Of a DNA stretch of 40,040 nucleotides, positions 12,664-22,124 are shown piece by piece. Source of the stretch: a virus (lineage: Duplodnaviria; Heunggongvirae; Uroviricota; Caudoviricetes); the IMG/VR virus record IMGVR_UViG_2547132278_000009. One strand, 5' to 3'. Position numbers and translations under genes: made by a program. The notes beneath the pieces are model-generated. The model did not search any database. It was not told where the DNA came from and saw nothing but the letters and a program-made list of their open reading frames with translations. Each line of letters starts with the position of its first letter. Within the stretch, counting starts at the first letter, position 1.

Positions 12664-13097
12664 TACTCACCGCCTTGTGCTTTCAGGATGCCTTCAATCA
12701 TCTCGACAATTCCTTTCGCTTTGACACCAACCTGATTACCAATCACACGTAGACCGGCAATGCCTTCATTGTCTGCAATTGACTCCAACTCTTCTCGTGT
12801 GAAAGTCTGGATCTGTTTGGCCGGTTCATCGGGTGTCCCACGTTTCATTGGCACAATGTCAGGTGCTGCTGGCTCGGTAATCAGGTCTGCGGTCAACTCG
12901 CCACGATCACTGTATGCGGCAGACGGAGAAACATTTTTGCCCTCGACTGTTGATGCTCGCATTGAGGCACAAATCCTTTGCTGATCGATAAAAGGCAACT
13001 CCGCTACGGACACCCCGTTCTCGAACTGAACGCCGCACAACATTCCCGAATAACCGGAAAATTGCGGTTCTAATAAAACAATTTTTGCTGGTTTCAT
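12663..13097 (-). CDS. Hypothetical structural protein (144 aa)
   Basis: ORF between decoration gene and the 277-aa gene; no motif recognised. Confidence 0.4.
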   Translation of the reverse strand: MKPAKIVLLEPQFSGYSGMLCGVQFENGVSVAELPFIDQQRICASMRASTVEGKNVSPSAAYSDRGELTADLITEPAAPDIVPMKRGTPDEPAKQIQTFTREELESIADNEGIAGLRVIGNQVGVKAKGIVEMIEGILKAQGGE

Positions 13098-13141
13098 AAC
13101 GCATTCTCTCTACATGGGCGGCTTTCGCCGCCCAATATTGA

Positions 13142-14062
13142 TTATTCCTGTGCAGCAGTGACTTCTACGGTCGCTGTCGCTTTGTGGCTACCATCTTGGG
13201 TAGTAACCTCGATTGTGGCAGTACCAGCCGCAACACCAGTTACAACACCGGTTTCGCTGTCAACCGTTGCAAACTCGGTATTTTTAGATTCCCAAGTAAC
13301 GGTTTTATTTGTGGCTCCTGCCGGCTCGACATTTGCTGTCAGCTGAACAGTTTTGTTTGCCTCAACGGTTGTGCTATTTGGGTCGATTTCGACGCCGGTA
13401 ACAGCCACAACAGGCGCAGTTACTTCCACCGTTGCAGTTGCCTTTTTGCTACCATCTTGGGAAACGATCTCAATCGTCGCAGTGCCAACTTCTACACCAG
13501 TTACGTTCCCGCTCTGGTCTACCGTTGCCTTATCTTCATTTTTGGAAGACCAGGTAACAGCCTTATTCGTCGCATTTGACGGCTGAACATTCGCTTTCAG
13601 ACTGACTGATTTTCCTTTCTCAACAGAGGTTGAGTCTGGCGTTACCGTTACGGATTGAACGGCTACCGGATTTACGGTGACTTCCACTGAAGCGGAAAGC
13701 TGGGTTTCCTGATCAGTTGCAGTAATTTTTACTTTGCCTGGGGCTACGCCAGTTACTAATCCAGTGCCGTTAACGGTTGCAATTTGGTCATTGGCTGACT
13801 TCCAGGTGAATGAACTGGCACTCTTACCCATACTAATACCTGCACTAAGTTGAACAGTTTTCCCAACCAAAACTGATGGTGAAGCCGGAGTTATGTTTAC
13901 GGATTGGGAGAAGGGAACCGCCTGCAAACAAGCAGATAGCTGACTTTGTTGCCGCTCGGTTAAAGGTTCATCGGAGATAGAATTGGTAAATCCGGCGCGG
14001 CACATATGCCCCGTAAAATCCGAAAATGCCTCTTCCGTAATCTTCATCTTTTGTTCTGGCAT
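13142..14062 (-). CDS. Ig-like (Big_2) triple-repeat protein, candidate capsid decoration protein
   Basis: 306 aa with three tandem ~80-aa repeats of the form VxVTPxSxxVxxGKxVxLxAxVxPxxATNKxVTWxSxNxxxATVDxxGxVTGV...TATIxV; immediately downstream of the major capsid gene. Confidence 0.6.
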   Translation of the reverse strand: MPEQKMKITEEAFSDFTGHMCRAGFTNSISDEPLTERQQSQLSACLQAVPFSQSVNITPASPSVLVGKTVQLSAGISMGKSASSFTWKSANDQIATVNGTGLVTGVAPGKVKITATDQETQLSASVEVTVNPVAVQSVTVTPDSTSVEKGKSVSLKANVQPSNATNKAVTWSSKNEDKATVDQSGNVTGVEVGTATIEIVSQDGSKKATATVEVTAPVVAVTGVEIDPNSTTVEANKTVQLTANVEPAGATNKTVTWESKNTEFATVDSETGVVTGVAAGTATIEVTTQDGSHKATATVEVTAAQE

Positions 14063-14074
14063 TTCTTGCTCCTA

Positions 14075-14106
14075 CAAAAAGGGTGGGCGTATAGCCCACC
14101 CTTTAA
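14075..14106 (-). terminator. Rho-independent terminator/attenuator downstream of major capsid gene
   Basis: Minus-strand hairpin GGGTGGGC-TATAC-GCCCACCC followed by TTTTTG, then the RBS of the next gene. Confidence 0.6.
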
Positions 14107-14135
14107 CATAGATAACTACTTATCTACTATACTGA

Positions 14136-15011
14136 TTAAATTTTTACATTGGTCAGTGCAGCGATAGCCTTATCGTGCTTATTCGCCAGAGAGCAGTACC
14201 ACTTCACACGGGTACGTACTGCGTCTTTGTTCTGTACAGTACCAATGTTTTCAACAACGATACCTGCGTTGTCGCCGCCATACAGACCAGTAACGCCGTT
14301 CTCTTCTGACAGATGCAGGCAGTAGATGCTTGCTTTGCCAGAATCGGTCGGGATGAAGTCGTTGATGATGAACGGAACGCCGTTATGACACAGCATCGGA
14401 CGACCGAAGTTCTCCATCATGATTTCAGACGGACCTACGTTTACTGTACGCAGCAGCGCACGGTAAGCACGCAGGTGCTCTGAACGCATCATGATGCAGT
14501 CAGCACCAAGATCTTTCACCGCATCGACCAGTTCGTCGAACATAGAGAAAGTCATAGATGCACCGGCGATATCGATCTTCTGATCTGCGTGCATCAGGCG
14601 TGGAATGCCGTCAAACGCCTTGTTGTTGGAGCTGGAGTCACCCAAAATCAGGTTGCGACGGAACGCACGAGCCAGACCTTTAACTTTCTGACGAACCTGA
14701 ATAGCCAACTGGTTGTTGGTGTCGGCCATAGTGGTCGCCAGGAATTTATCAACGTCTACGTCACCAGCCAGAATACGCAGTTTCGCAACGCATTCTTCGA
14801 AGGTTGCTGCACCTTCAGGGATGGTGTCGTTAACGTCGATGAAGGTAGCTTCACTCAGCGTTTTTTCACGGTTGTACAGATATGCCTTTGAATTAATTTT
14901 CATAAAAGGCAGGATGGCAAACAGGTCATCGCGATCGATGATAGTTTCGATCACACCCTGTTCAAGTTCGTTGTTAGACAGCTTTTCAGCTTCTTCACGC
15001 AGTAATGGCAT
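14136..15011 (-). CDS. Major capsid protein (candidate)
   Basis: 291-aa ORF following the scaffold gene and followed by a terminator; assignment by gene order and size. Confidence 0.55.
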   Translation of the reverse strand: MPLLREEAEKLSNNELEQGVIETIIDRDDLFAILPFMKINSKAYLYNREKTLSEATFIDVNDTIPEGAATFEECVAKLRILAGDVDVDKFLATTMADTNNQLAIQVRQKVKGLARAFRRNLILGDSSSNNKAFDGIPRLMHADQKIDIAGASMTFSMFDELVDAVKDLGADCIMMRSEHLRAYRALLRTVNVGPSEIMMENFGRPMLCHNGVPFIINDFIPTDSGKASIYCLHLSEENGVTGLYGGDNAGIVVENIGTVQNKDAVRTRVKWYCSLANKHDKAIAALTNVKI

Positions 15012-15036
15012 CTATCAATTCCCTTTGATTTAGATG

Positions 15037-15924
15037 TTACTTAAGTCCAATTTTCCCCAGACCGGAGGCCAACTTATCCATAGTCGACTTGTTCTTCGGT
15101 TGGGATATTGTGTAGGTCGATTTGGAATGTGAGCCTACACCCTGCTTGGCTTCGCTACGCATCAATGCGTCAGCTTCCGGATCTGCCCGCACAATGCGTT
15201 CAATCGCGGATTCAAACGGCAACGGCTTACCTTCACCGTCAACCAGAACAGCTCGTTCTTTATGACCTGCCGGTTTGTCATAACCCACTACGCTACCGTC
15301 TTCACCCACTTCAAAATGAGAACCGTAGATCACGCGGGCTTTTGCCGGGGTCATCAGAACTTTGTCACGTAGGAAGAGAGAGTTACTGAAGGAAGCGCCC
15401 ACGGTCATCTCGACTAATTGAGATTTCAGTGATGCGTTTTCACTTTCCAGTGCTGCATAACGTTCGTCACGCTGTGCCAGCTCTGCCTGGTGTGCTTCGA
15501 TCATCTGTTTTTTAACAGCATCGAACTCACCACGACGCTCCAGTTCAGCTTGCTCCGCCTCACGACGTGCATTTTCTGCGGCCTGTTCAGCTTCTAAAAG
15601 CTGGCGAGCACGAGCCGGATCGATATCACCGTACTGAGCAAGCTGATCGGCCAATGTGCGCTCTTTCTCTTTGCGCTTCATGTTCTCCTTCAGCAGTTCA
15701 GCACCAGCTTTCTTGGTTTTACGAAGTTCGGCCAGTAACTCTTCCTGAGTCATGCCAGCGTATTCGTCATCGCCCTTCGGCTGCTCTTTTTGTTCACCCT
15801 GTTTGTCAGGATCTTGTGTACTCTGCTCATTATCAGCAGCTACACCGCCAGCGCCTCCACGCTCATGCGCTTCAGCGACATCCATCAGACCACGACGGGC
15901 CAAAAGCATTTGCCACAGATTCAT
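15037..15924 (-). CDS. Capsid scaffolding protein (candidate)
   Basis: 295 aa, highly charged and helical (EAEQAAENARREAEQAELERR), between portal and capsid genes. Confidence 0.55.
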   Translation of the reverse strand: MNLWQMLLARRGLMDVAEAHERGGAGGVAADNEQSTQDPDKQGEQKEQPKGDDEYAGMTQEELLAELRKTKKAGAELLKENMKRKEKERTLADQLAQYGDIDPARARQLLEAEQAAENARREAEQAELERRGEFDAVKKQMIEAHQAELAQRDERYAALESENASLKSQLVEMTVGASFSNSLFLRDKVLMTPAKARVIYGSHFEVGEDGSVVGYDKPAGHKERAVLVDGEGKPLPFESAIERIVRADPEADALMRSEAKQGVGSHSKSTYTISQPKNKSTMDKLASGLGKIGLK

Positions 15925-15945
15925 AAAAATTCCTTTTGTTACTTA

Positions 15946-17520
15946 TCACTCGTTCTCTTGAGTAGATGAGTCCCCATTCCCTCGGGGTTGATCTTGCCCG
16001 CTTTCTTGGGCTGCACCACGATCATAAGTAAGTGATGACTTATTTTCAAGGGTATTTAGATCATTTTTTGGAGGAAAATTCAAGAGATCTTTATCAAATT
16101 CCTCTTTCATCGCCTCAGTAATGTTCGGGAAAATCTTCTCAATAAGCATTTCCATCTGGTGACGACGTACAGAGTCCGGTGCCTGAAGTAATGACAGTTT
16201 CTCGGCAACAGAAAATTCATCAGTAAGGCCACGAATATCGAAACTTTCTGGATACGCAATTAAAGAGTGGTCTTCGTCCAGATCTACCCCCATCCATTTC
16301 GCAACCAGTAGCATGATTTGGCGTTCAGCCCTTTCCAGACGCTCTGCTTTTGTGACAAGCAAGCTATTTACACGCTGGAAGTCATACATTTTTGCGGCAC
16401 CAGATGAGTTATCGATTCCCTGTGCGTTGTCCTGCTTCGTTCGCTCACCAGCTACACCAACTGAATGGTAGATTTCGTTAATCACCGTCTTAATCGTAGT
16501 GATGATCATCTGAGCTTGTTTCGGGTCTGGTGACAGATAAAACGGCTGGTTTCCACCTTCAGAATCGTAGGTGAAGACTCGCTTTGTGCCCATTTCAAGC
16601 ACTTTAGTGTGGTTTTCATCACCAGGTAAAAGCGACTGTACTGGTATAGCCAACTGGCTAAATGTCTGATCCTGAATAATGGCATCAAGGTTTGACAGAT
16701 AGTTTGCAACCGCACGATCAAGATAAGCGATATCATCGATCAACGATGGGCTGAAATACGGTGATTCACTTTCTCCAATACAATCAACAGGAAACACAGG
16801 AACTACGCCGAGATTATGCTCACCGCTATCCTCTAAAATAACTTTTGCCTGACGGCGACCTGCTCCACCAGCGCCCTTCTTCACTTCCTCACGGAACAGA
16901 TACCACTCGTTTTGTGTCCACAGACGATAACGTTGGTATTCCTGACCTGTAGAAGTAAAAGGATCTGCGTCATCGCGAGCGACTTCCACAATTAACGCCC
17001 ATAACATATTCCCGTCGTCGTCCCATGCCACATCCAGCATTTGCTGAGGTGAAATCCAGTAGGCGTAGGCGCGAGCATCTTTCTTTTTCTCGTCAGCTAC
17101 TGACTCAACATCACCACTCATCGTGCTATCGACAACAACCCATATGCGACCGTAAATAGACGACTGCAAATCAATAGCGGCCATAAATGAGTCAATAGAG
17201 GCATTCTGGCGAGTCGCACGTTTCCAGAAATTGCGGATCTGCTCTGGTGCCTCTTCGATATTTCTATGAATGTCTTCTTTAAAGAGATATTTGTTGATGA
17301 GGTTTACCACCTCACGAGTGTGGTTGAAGCGATAAGCACGTTCAACTCGCTCCTTAAACTCCTGATCTCCCTCTTTAAAGTAACGAAAGATATTGTCTGT
17401 AAACCAACCACGCCCGCCAGCGTAAGTGCTGGCGAGGAAGTCCCAATGTTCTTTTTTCTTTTCGTATTCCGGGTGGCGTCGCGCCACCAGATCCTTAATT
17501 TGTTTGTCGTTCAATTCCAT
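15946..17520 (-). CDS. Portal protein (candidate)
   Basis: 524-aa ORF immediately downstream of terminase large subunit; size and position typical. Confidence 0.6.
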   Translation of the reverse strand: MELNDKQIKDLVARRHPEYEKKKEHWDFLASTYAGGRGWFTDNIFRYFKEGDQEFKERVERAYRFNHTREVVNLINKYLFKEDIHRNIEEAPEQIRNFWKRATRQNASIDSFMAAIDLQSSIYGRIWVVVDSTMSGDVESVADEKKKDARAYAYWISPQQMLDVAWDDDGNMLWALIVEVARDDADPFTSTGQEYQRYRLWTQNEWYLFREEVKKGAGGAGRRQAKVILEDSGEHNLGVVPVFPVDCIGESESPYFSPSLIDDIAYLDRAVANYLSNLDAIIQDQTFSQLAIPVQSLLPGDENHTKVLEMGTKRVFTYDSEGGNQPFYLSPDPKQAQMIITTIKTVINEIYHSVGVAGERTKQDNAQGIDNSSGAAKMYDFQRVNSLLVTKAERLERAERQIMLLVAKWMGVDLDEDHSLIAYPESFDIRGLTDEFSVAEKLSLLQAPDSVRRHQMEMLIEKIFPNITEAMKEEFDKDLLNFPPKNDLNTLENKSSLTYDRGAAQESGQDQPRGNGDSSTQENE

Positions 17521-17546
17521 TTGAATAACCTTAGATAATTACTTAC

Positions 17547-18803
17547 CTATCGAGAACCACCAAGAATAACACGGTTTTTGACTGGATACCTACGATGTAC
17601 TGGATAGCCCAATGCGTCTGCACTATGCTCAATGCCACCTGTCTTATCCATATCTCGTGTTCCAGGCTTGTAGATGACTTTTTCCAGTGAATCAATCAAA
17701 TGCTTGCACTTCGGATCGATATACAGCCGGATATCTCCAGATGCGGTCATCAGCATTCGGTTAACAGCATTAACACGATCCGCAATTGGCGGGTGCTTTT
17801 TCGAATAATCGACACGTAAGAATCCCTTCTCTTTGAATATGTCTACGTCAGACTCCCCACGAGCATGTTGGCGATAAGCACCTGCCGGATCTGGAAATAC
17901 CGTTACCTGTGATTTCCAGCGCCAGAAGCGTCTCTCAAGCTCATCACAAACTTCTGCCGTGTTAGAGGAAAAGAGCACCAATTCATCAATTGCCCATAGC
18001 TCACCATTTGGCTGAGGTTGCAAAATTACTGAAGACATCGGGTCAATGTTGAAGTCCTGCCCTACCCATATAGGCAACCGAGGGTTGAACTGAAGCGGTT
18101 TTACATGCACGTTACGATCGAACGGGTAGTAAACGCGCCCGGACATGTTCTCAAAGCTGGCCAGGTACTCCTGAGCGAACGATTTGGGGTCCATATCGTT
18201 CTTAGCAGCTTCAATTTCCGCCGTAGGTACAAACGGAGAATCGGCAGTTACAAACTGCCAGCTCTTCCACTGTCCCTTTCTTTGCAGCTCTACGTTCTGG
18301 CCTATAGTCCACAGTTTGTGAAATTCCGAGAAGCCTTTTGGCGTACCAATGATCAGTGCACCGCCGCGTGTCGATGAAAGAGTAGGTCGTAACACCTTGT
18401 ACCAGGTGTCAGCCTTCATATCCTGAAATTCATCAAGCACTACAAAATGCAACGCTACGCCGCGCAGAGTGTCAGGCTTATCAGCACCTTTGAGGGCGAT
18501 CTCCGAACCGTTCTTCAACACGATTGTCATCGTGGTGTCGTTCTTTTTCCTAACCCACTTACGAGGCAGAACTTCCTGTAGATCGTCCCACAAAATCTGG
18601 CGAGCCATCTGGTAAGTAGGAGCGACATACCAGACCCTTTGCTTTTTTTCCTTTGCCGCCGCACGAATAATAGTGGAGATCGACAACCGGGATTTTCCCC
18701 AGCGTCGACCAGCACAAACAACTTTAAATCGATGCGGAGACTGGAAGACTTTCATCTGTCCAGAATGCAGTTGCACAAGACTGAGCGAGGACGGGATTGC
18801 CAT
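17547..18803 (-). CDS. Terminase large subunit
   Basis: 418 aa; Walker A CAGRRWGKS, Walker B VVLDEFQD, C-terminal nuclease-like region; start overlaps stop of the small subunit gene. Confidence 0.85.
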   Translation of the reverse strand: MAIPSSLSLVQLHSGQMKVFQSPHRFKVVCAGRRWGKSRLSISTIIRAAAKEKKQRVWYVAPTYQMARQILWDDLQEVLPRKWVRKKNDTTMTIVLKNGSEIALKGADKPDTLRGVALHFVVLDEFQDMKADTWYKVLRPTLSSTRGGALIIGTPKGFSEFHKLWTIGQNVELQRKGQWKSWQFVTADSPFVPTAEIEAAKNDMDPKSFAQEYLASFENMSGRVYYPFDRNVHVKPLQFNPRLPIWVGQDFNIDPMSSVILQPQPNGELWAIDELVLFSSNTAEVCDELERRFWRWKSQVTVFPDPAGAYRQHARGESDVDIFKEKGFLRVDYSKKHPPIADRVNAVNRMLMTASGDIRLYIDPKCKHLIDSLEKVIYKPGTRDMDKTGGIEHSADALGYPVHRRYPVKNRVILGGSR

Positions 18804-19435
18804 TATTCGTCCTCCCCTTCACTTCCATCATCTGTCGCATCAAATTCGCTTAGAGCTTCTTCTTCCAACGTCTCAAGCAATTCGTCATCGATGATTTCAG
18901 GCTCGTCGTCTTCCTGACGTAATTTCGCCACCTGGGAAGGCGTAAGCTCACCAAATACCAGGTTCGGAATTTCTTCCTCGTCATTTTCCGCATGATCCAT
19001 GCCCAATGCTTTGGACGAAACTTCAAAGCATTTTGCAAGGGTATTACTGGCTCTCTGTAAGCTCTTGAGAGAATCCTCAATCGCCCCTAAAGGCTTACCC
19101 TCACGTTTGGCCGTAGTGACTTCGACCATCACCATCTGCCCCAACGCATACGCCCAGCCGTCATAACGTGTACGACGTTCTTCTATCTTTTCCGCACGGG
19201 CTTTAGCGCGAAGCTCTGCGTCAGATTTAAGAGACTCACGAACCATCTTCCCAACAGAGTCCGCGCCTTTCTCTAATCCTCGCTTTTTGAAATGTCTGGA
19301 GAGTGTTTCACGACGAATGCCGTACTCTTCCTCCAGCTTTGAGAGTGTATATTCGCCTGACGTCCATTTGGCTTCAGCTTCGGCCCACTCCGCTGGTGTC
19401 AGGCGAGTTTTTACCTCGTCTTTTTCGACCGTCAT
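18803..19435 (-). CDS. Terminase small subunit (candidate)
   Basis: 210 aa, N-terminal HTH-like region, very acidic C-terminus; directly upstream of the large subunit. Confidence 0.6.
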   Translation of the reverse strand: MTVEKDEVKTRLTPAEWAEAEAKWTSGEYTLSKLEEEYGIRRETLSRHFKKRGLEKGADSVGKMVRESLKSDAELRAKARAEKIEERRTRYDGWAYALGQMVMVEVTTAKREGKPLGAIEDSLKSLQRASNTLAKCFEVSSKALGMDHAENDEEEIPNLVFGELTPSQVAKLRQEDDEPEIIDDELLETLEEEALSEFDATDDGSEGEDE

Positions 19436-19474
19436 AGATCCCTCTAAAACACACAGAGCGCGTCCATGCGCTCT

Positions 19475-19517
19475 AAAACAACTTGTTTACTGCATCTGCT
19501 AACCAACTTGTTTTCTG
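19475..19517 (-). promoter_or_regulatory. Two copies of the palindromic operator family (AAAACAA-N-TTGTTT) upstream of the terminase small subunit gene
   Basis: AAAACAACTTGTTTAC (19475-19490) and AACCAACTTGTTTTCTG (19501-19517), with adjacent inverted repeat AGAGCGC-N6-GCGCTCT. Confidence 0.45.
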
Positions 19518-19630
19518 GGGTGTTTAATTAGATCTGGCATGTCTTACGAAGCCTGCTTCCGTATATATTTAATAAGTTACTTATTATTTATATATATAGA
19601 TGCAGGTCTTTAAATAAGCTCCCAGACCGA

Positions 19631-19897
19631 TTACATCACCAGTAACTTCGCTTTGGCTCGACCTAAAGTGGTTAACCCAAGAGTTCGGCGGTGATAGCGA
19701 TTGTCACTGCGTTGGCGCGTATGCCCTTTCTCCACCAGCCCCTTTTTTATCAGAGCGCGAATTGAGAACTGGATACTTTGCTTGGTTGTCTTGTACGGCA
19801 AAACTTCAAGCAATTCGTCCAGATCAAGTAGATGACCTCGCTCATAACCGAGATTGAGCGTTTTGATTATGTCCTTTTGTTTGTCGGTTAACGTCAT
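19631..19897 (-). CDS. Small basic protein, possibly winged-helix DNA binding
   Basis: 88-aa ORF 9 bp downstream of the GNAT-like gene; basic C-terminus; no firm motif. Confidence 0.35.
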   Translation of the reverse strand: MTLTDKQKDIIKTLNLGYERGHLLDLDELLEVLPYKTTKQSIQFSIRALIKKGLVEKGHTRQRSDNRYHRRTLGLTTLGRAKAKLLVM

Positions 19898-19906
19898 GGC
19901 AAATCC

Positions 19907-20797
19907 TTATGCCGGTAAAGCAATTTCTAACGGTTTATCCAAAGGTTGTTTGTCGAATGCCAGCAGTGGCAGCGTGTCAGGCAGTCGACGGCCAAAGTCA
20001 GGGTTTCGGTACACACCATACAACGGAGACGTAAAGCTCAGGTTGTGAATGTCCTTGAGCAGCTTCACAATGCTGGCCTCGTCCACCAGACTGTCGGCAA
20101 TGTCCTGAATCGTCGTGCCACGATTCCGCCCAGCTTTTGCCAGAGAACTGTTCTTGTGGTAGTCCGCCACCAAATCGCGCAGCGCACGGCGACGACGAGA
20201 CTCGCTCATAGCGAACAACTCTTTGACGATCGCCTCGTTATCACCCGGGTCGGAGCGGAAATGGCGCTGGAACACACGCAGTGCACTTTCATAGCTCTTC
20301 GGTCGCTCAGGGCGGATGAACTTAAACCCTGCTTTCATGGCGAAGGGATTGTATTTGCTCATCGAGGACTGGATCTCAATGATTGGCCGGTCATGCATCC
20401 TGCTAACCAGGTTAATCATTCGATAAGAGACGCCTACGCCACGATACTGAGTATCCACAACTGAGCGACTGATCACCGCAAAGTTGTTATTCACGTACCG
20501 ACCCCAGTACTGGTTAGCCACGGTGGTATTAGTGGTTGGTTTCAACTTAGGAAACATGCGGTGGCGAGGTGCCAACAGTAGTTTCGGGTAAGCCATAACC
20601 ACGACGCCCACCAGACGGTCATCAAGTTCGCAGCGATAGTAAGTTGGCGCGAAAGGTTTGCCGTCTGTTTTGTAGTGAAGCGACTTAAGAGCGTGCCAGT
20701 CCTCTACAGTTCCCTTTGTAACAGTCATTCGCTCCAGAAAGTCCAGATGACGCGGAAACTCTTCAGGGCGGTAGCGTTTAATGATGATGTCCGTCAT
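19907..20797 (-). CDS. GNAT-like acyltransferase-fold protein with extra C-terminal domain (hypothetical)
   Basis: 296 aa; YRGVGVSYRMINLV resembles GNAT motif A (R/Q-x-x-G-x-G/A); start overlaps the ATPase stop by 4 nt. Confidence 0.4.
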   Translation of the reverse strand: MTDIIIKRYRPEEFPRHLDFLERMTVTKGTVEDWHALKSLHYKTDGKPFAPTYYRCELDDRLVGVVVMAYPKLLLAPRHRMFPKLKPTTNTTVANQYWGRYVNNNFAVISRSVVDTQYRGVGVSYRMINLVSRMHDRPIIEIQSSMSKYNPFAMKAGFKFIRPERPKSYESALRVFQRHFRSDPGDNEAIVKELFAMSESRRRRALRDLVADYHKNSSLAKAGRNRGTTIQDIADSLVDEASIVKLLKDIHNLSFTSPLYGVYRNPDFGRRLPDTLPLLAFDKQPLDKPLEIALPA

Positions 20798-21459
20798 GAA
20801 TGGACCTCATCATGACTACCATTGTGATATTCCACCTTCACGCGTTCTTTGTAGTGCTTGGTGATCTGCATATCCGGGCGCAGCGCGTTCTTCAGGTCTT
20901 CGTGAGTCGTCGCCACCATTACCGTCGCACCAACCTTTCGAGCGGCACGCTGGAGGTTAGACGCCACAACCTGAGCGGTTACACGGTCGAGAACAGCGCC
21001 GAACTCGTCAGCAGCCCATACTTTAGCGCCTGACTCAATCAGTTTGGCAATCTTGAGACGATATTTCTGGCCGTCTGACATTTCAGAAGGCTTGCGAACA
21101 AACAGATATGCATCGTTCAGACCAGCCATAGATAACAACCCAAGCGCATCACTGGTCGTTTTGCCCAACTGATCGATGACGTTAACCTCATTATCGAAGG
21201 TAAAATCATCGATGGAGGCTACAGAAAGCCCTTCATCCTTCATCTGGCGTTGCAACTCGCGCAGCACAACGGATTTGCCGGAACCGGATTGGCCGGTGAT
21301 GTACACCACATCGCCCTGCTTCACTTCCAGCTCCAGATTGTCGTAAAGCGTCCACTCTTTTTCGTCCAGGCCAAGCCCGAACGACTCAGCGATTTCCAAC
21401 GTGCGCGTGGTTTTATTTACGCGTGTCTGAAACGATACGTTGATGATGTATTTGCTCAT
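20794..21459 (-). CDS. Minimal ABC-type ATPase (stand-alone nucleotide-binding domain)
   Basis: 221 aa; Walker A GQSGSGKS, signature-like SDGQKYRL, Walker B VWAADEFGAVLD, H-loop ATTHEDL; overlaps both neighbours by 4 nt. Confidence 0.7.
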   Translation of the reverse strand: MSKYIINVSFQTRVNKTTRTLEIAESFGLGLDEKEWTLYDNLELEVKQGDVVYITGQSGSGKSVVLRELQRQMKDEGLSVASIDDFTFDNEVNVIDQLGKTTSDALGLLSMAGLNDAYLFVRKPSEMSDGQKYRLKIAKLIESGAKVWAADEFGAVLDRVTAQVVASNLQRAARKVGATVMVATTHEDLKNALRPDMQITKHYKERVKVEYHNGSHDEVHS

Positions 21460-22124
21460 GCAGCCATCTCCCCGGAAGAGATCTTCTCCGCATATGCCAC
21501 AAATGCGTCTACCCCGCTTTCTCCCGTCATTTCTTCCATGTGGGCAAGCAAATCACCAACAACAATGGCAGAGCCAGCAGGGAGCGTTTTAAAGCCCAAT
21601 ACGTCGACAACACGTACTTCTTCCGCTGCAACTTCACGACTGATCTCGGTGTGTTCATCCTTCTGTCGTTTAGTTTCTTCGCCAAGATCGATAACTAGCG
21701 AATCGGTGTCCATTTCTTCTGTCATACTGCCAACGAGAACATTCAACTCACGCTCTTCAAAGCCGAAAACCTCGATATCGTCCAGAACAAGCGACTCAAG
21801 CTCTTTCTGTAGCTTAATTGCATCGTAATCAATGCTGGCAAGTCGGTTATCTTCAAGGCGCTTCGCACGAACCTCGTCATCACTGAGATCATCGCGAACA
21901 ATAACCGGTACGCGCTCAAGTCCAGCAAAAATTGCAGCCTCACGGCGGCCGTGGCCAGTAATAATTACGTCGTTCTTATCGACCGTAATTGGCTGGTCAA
22001 ATCCGCGCTTTTTAATGGCTGCGGCCAGATCTCGGATCTGCTGTTCATCATGCTTTTTGGCATTCATCTCATAGGGAATAAGATCTGCCGGGTCGCGATA
22101 TACGATTTCAAACTTTTTGGTCAT
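21456..22124 (-). CDS. ParB/Srx-like N-terminal domain protein (second of two)
   Basis: ITGHGRREAAIFAG matches the ParB arginine motif (GxxRxxA); probable start MTKKF overlapping the upstream stop as TAATG. Confidence 0.65.
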   Translation of the reverse strand: MTKKFEIVYRDPADLIPYEMNAKKHDEQQIRDLAAAIKKRGFDQPITVDKNDVIITGHGRREAAIFAGLERVPVIVRDDLSDDEVRAKRLEDNRLASIDYDAIKLQKELESLVLDDIEVFGFEERELNVLVGSMTEEMDTDSLVIDLGEETKRQKDEHTEISREVAAEEVRVVDVLGFKTLPAGSAIVVGDLLAHMEEMTGESGVDAFVAYAEKISSGEMAA

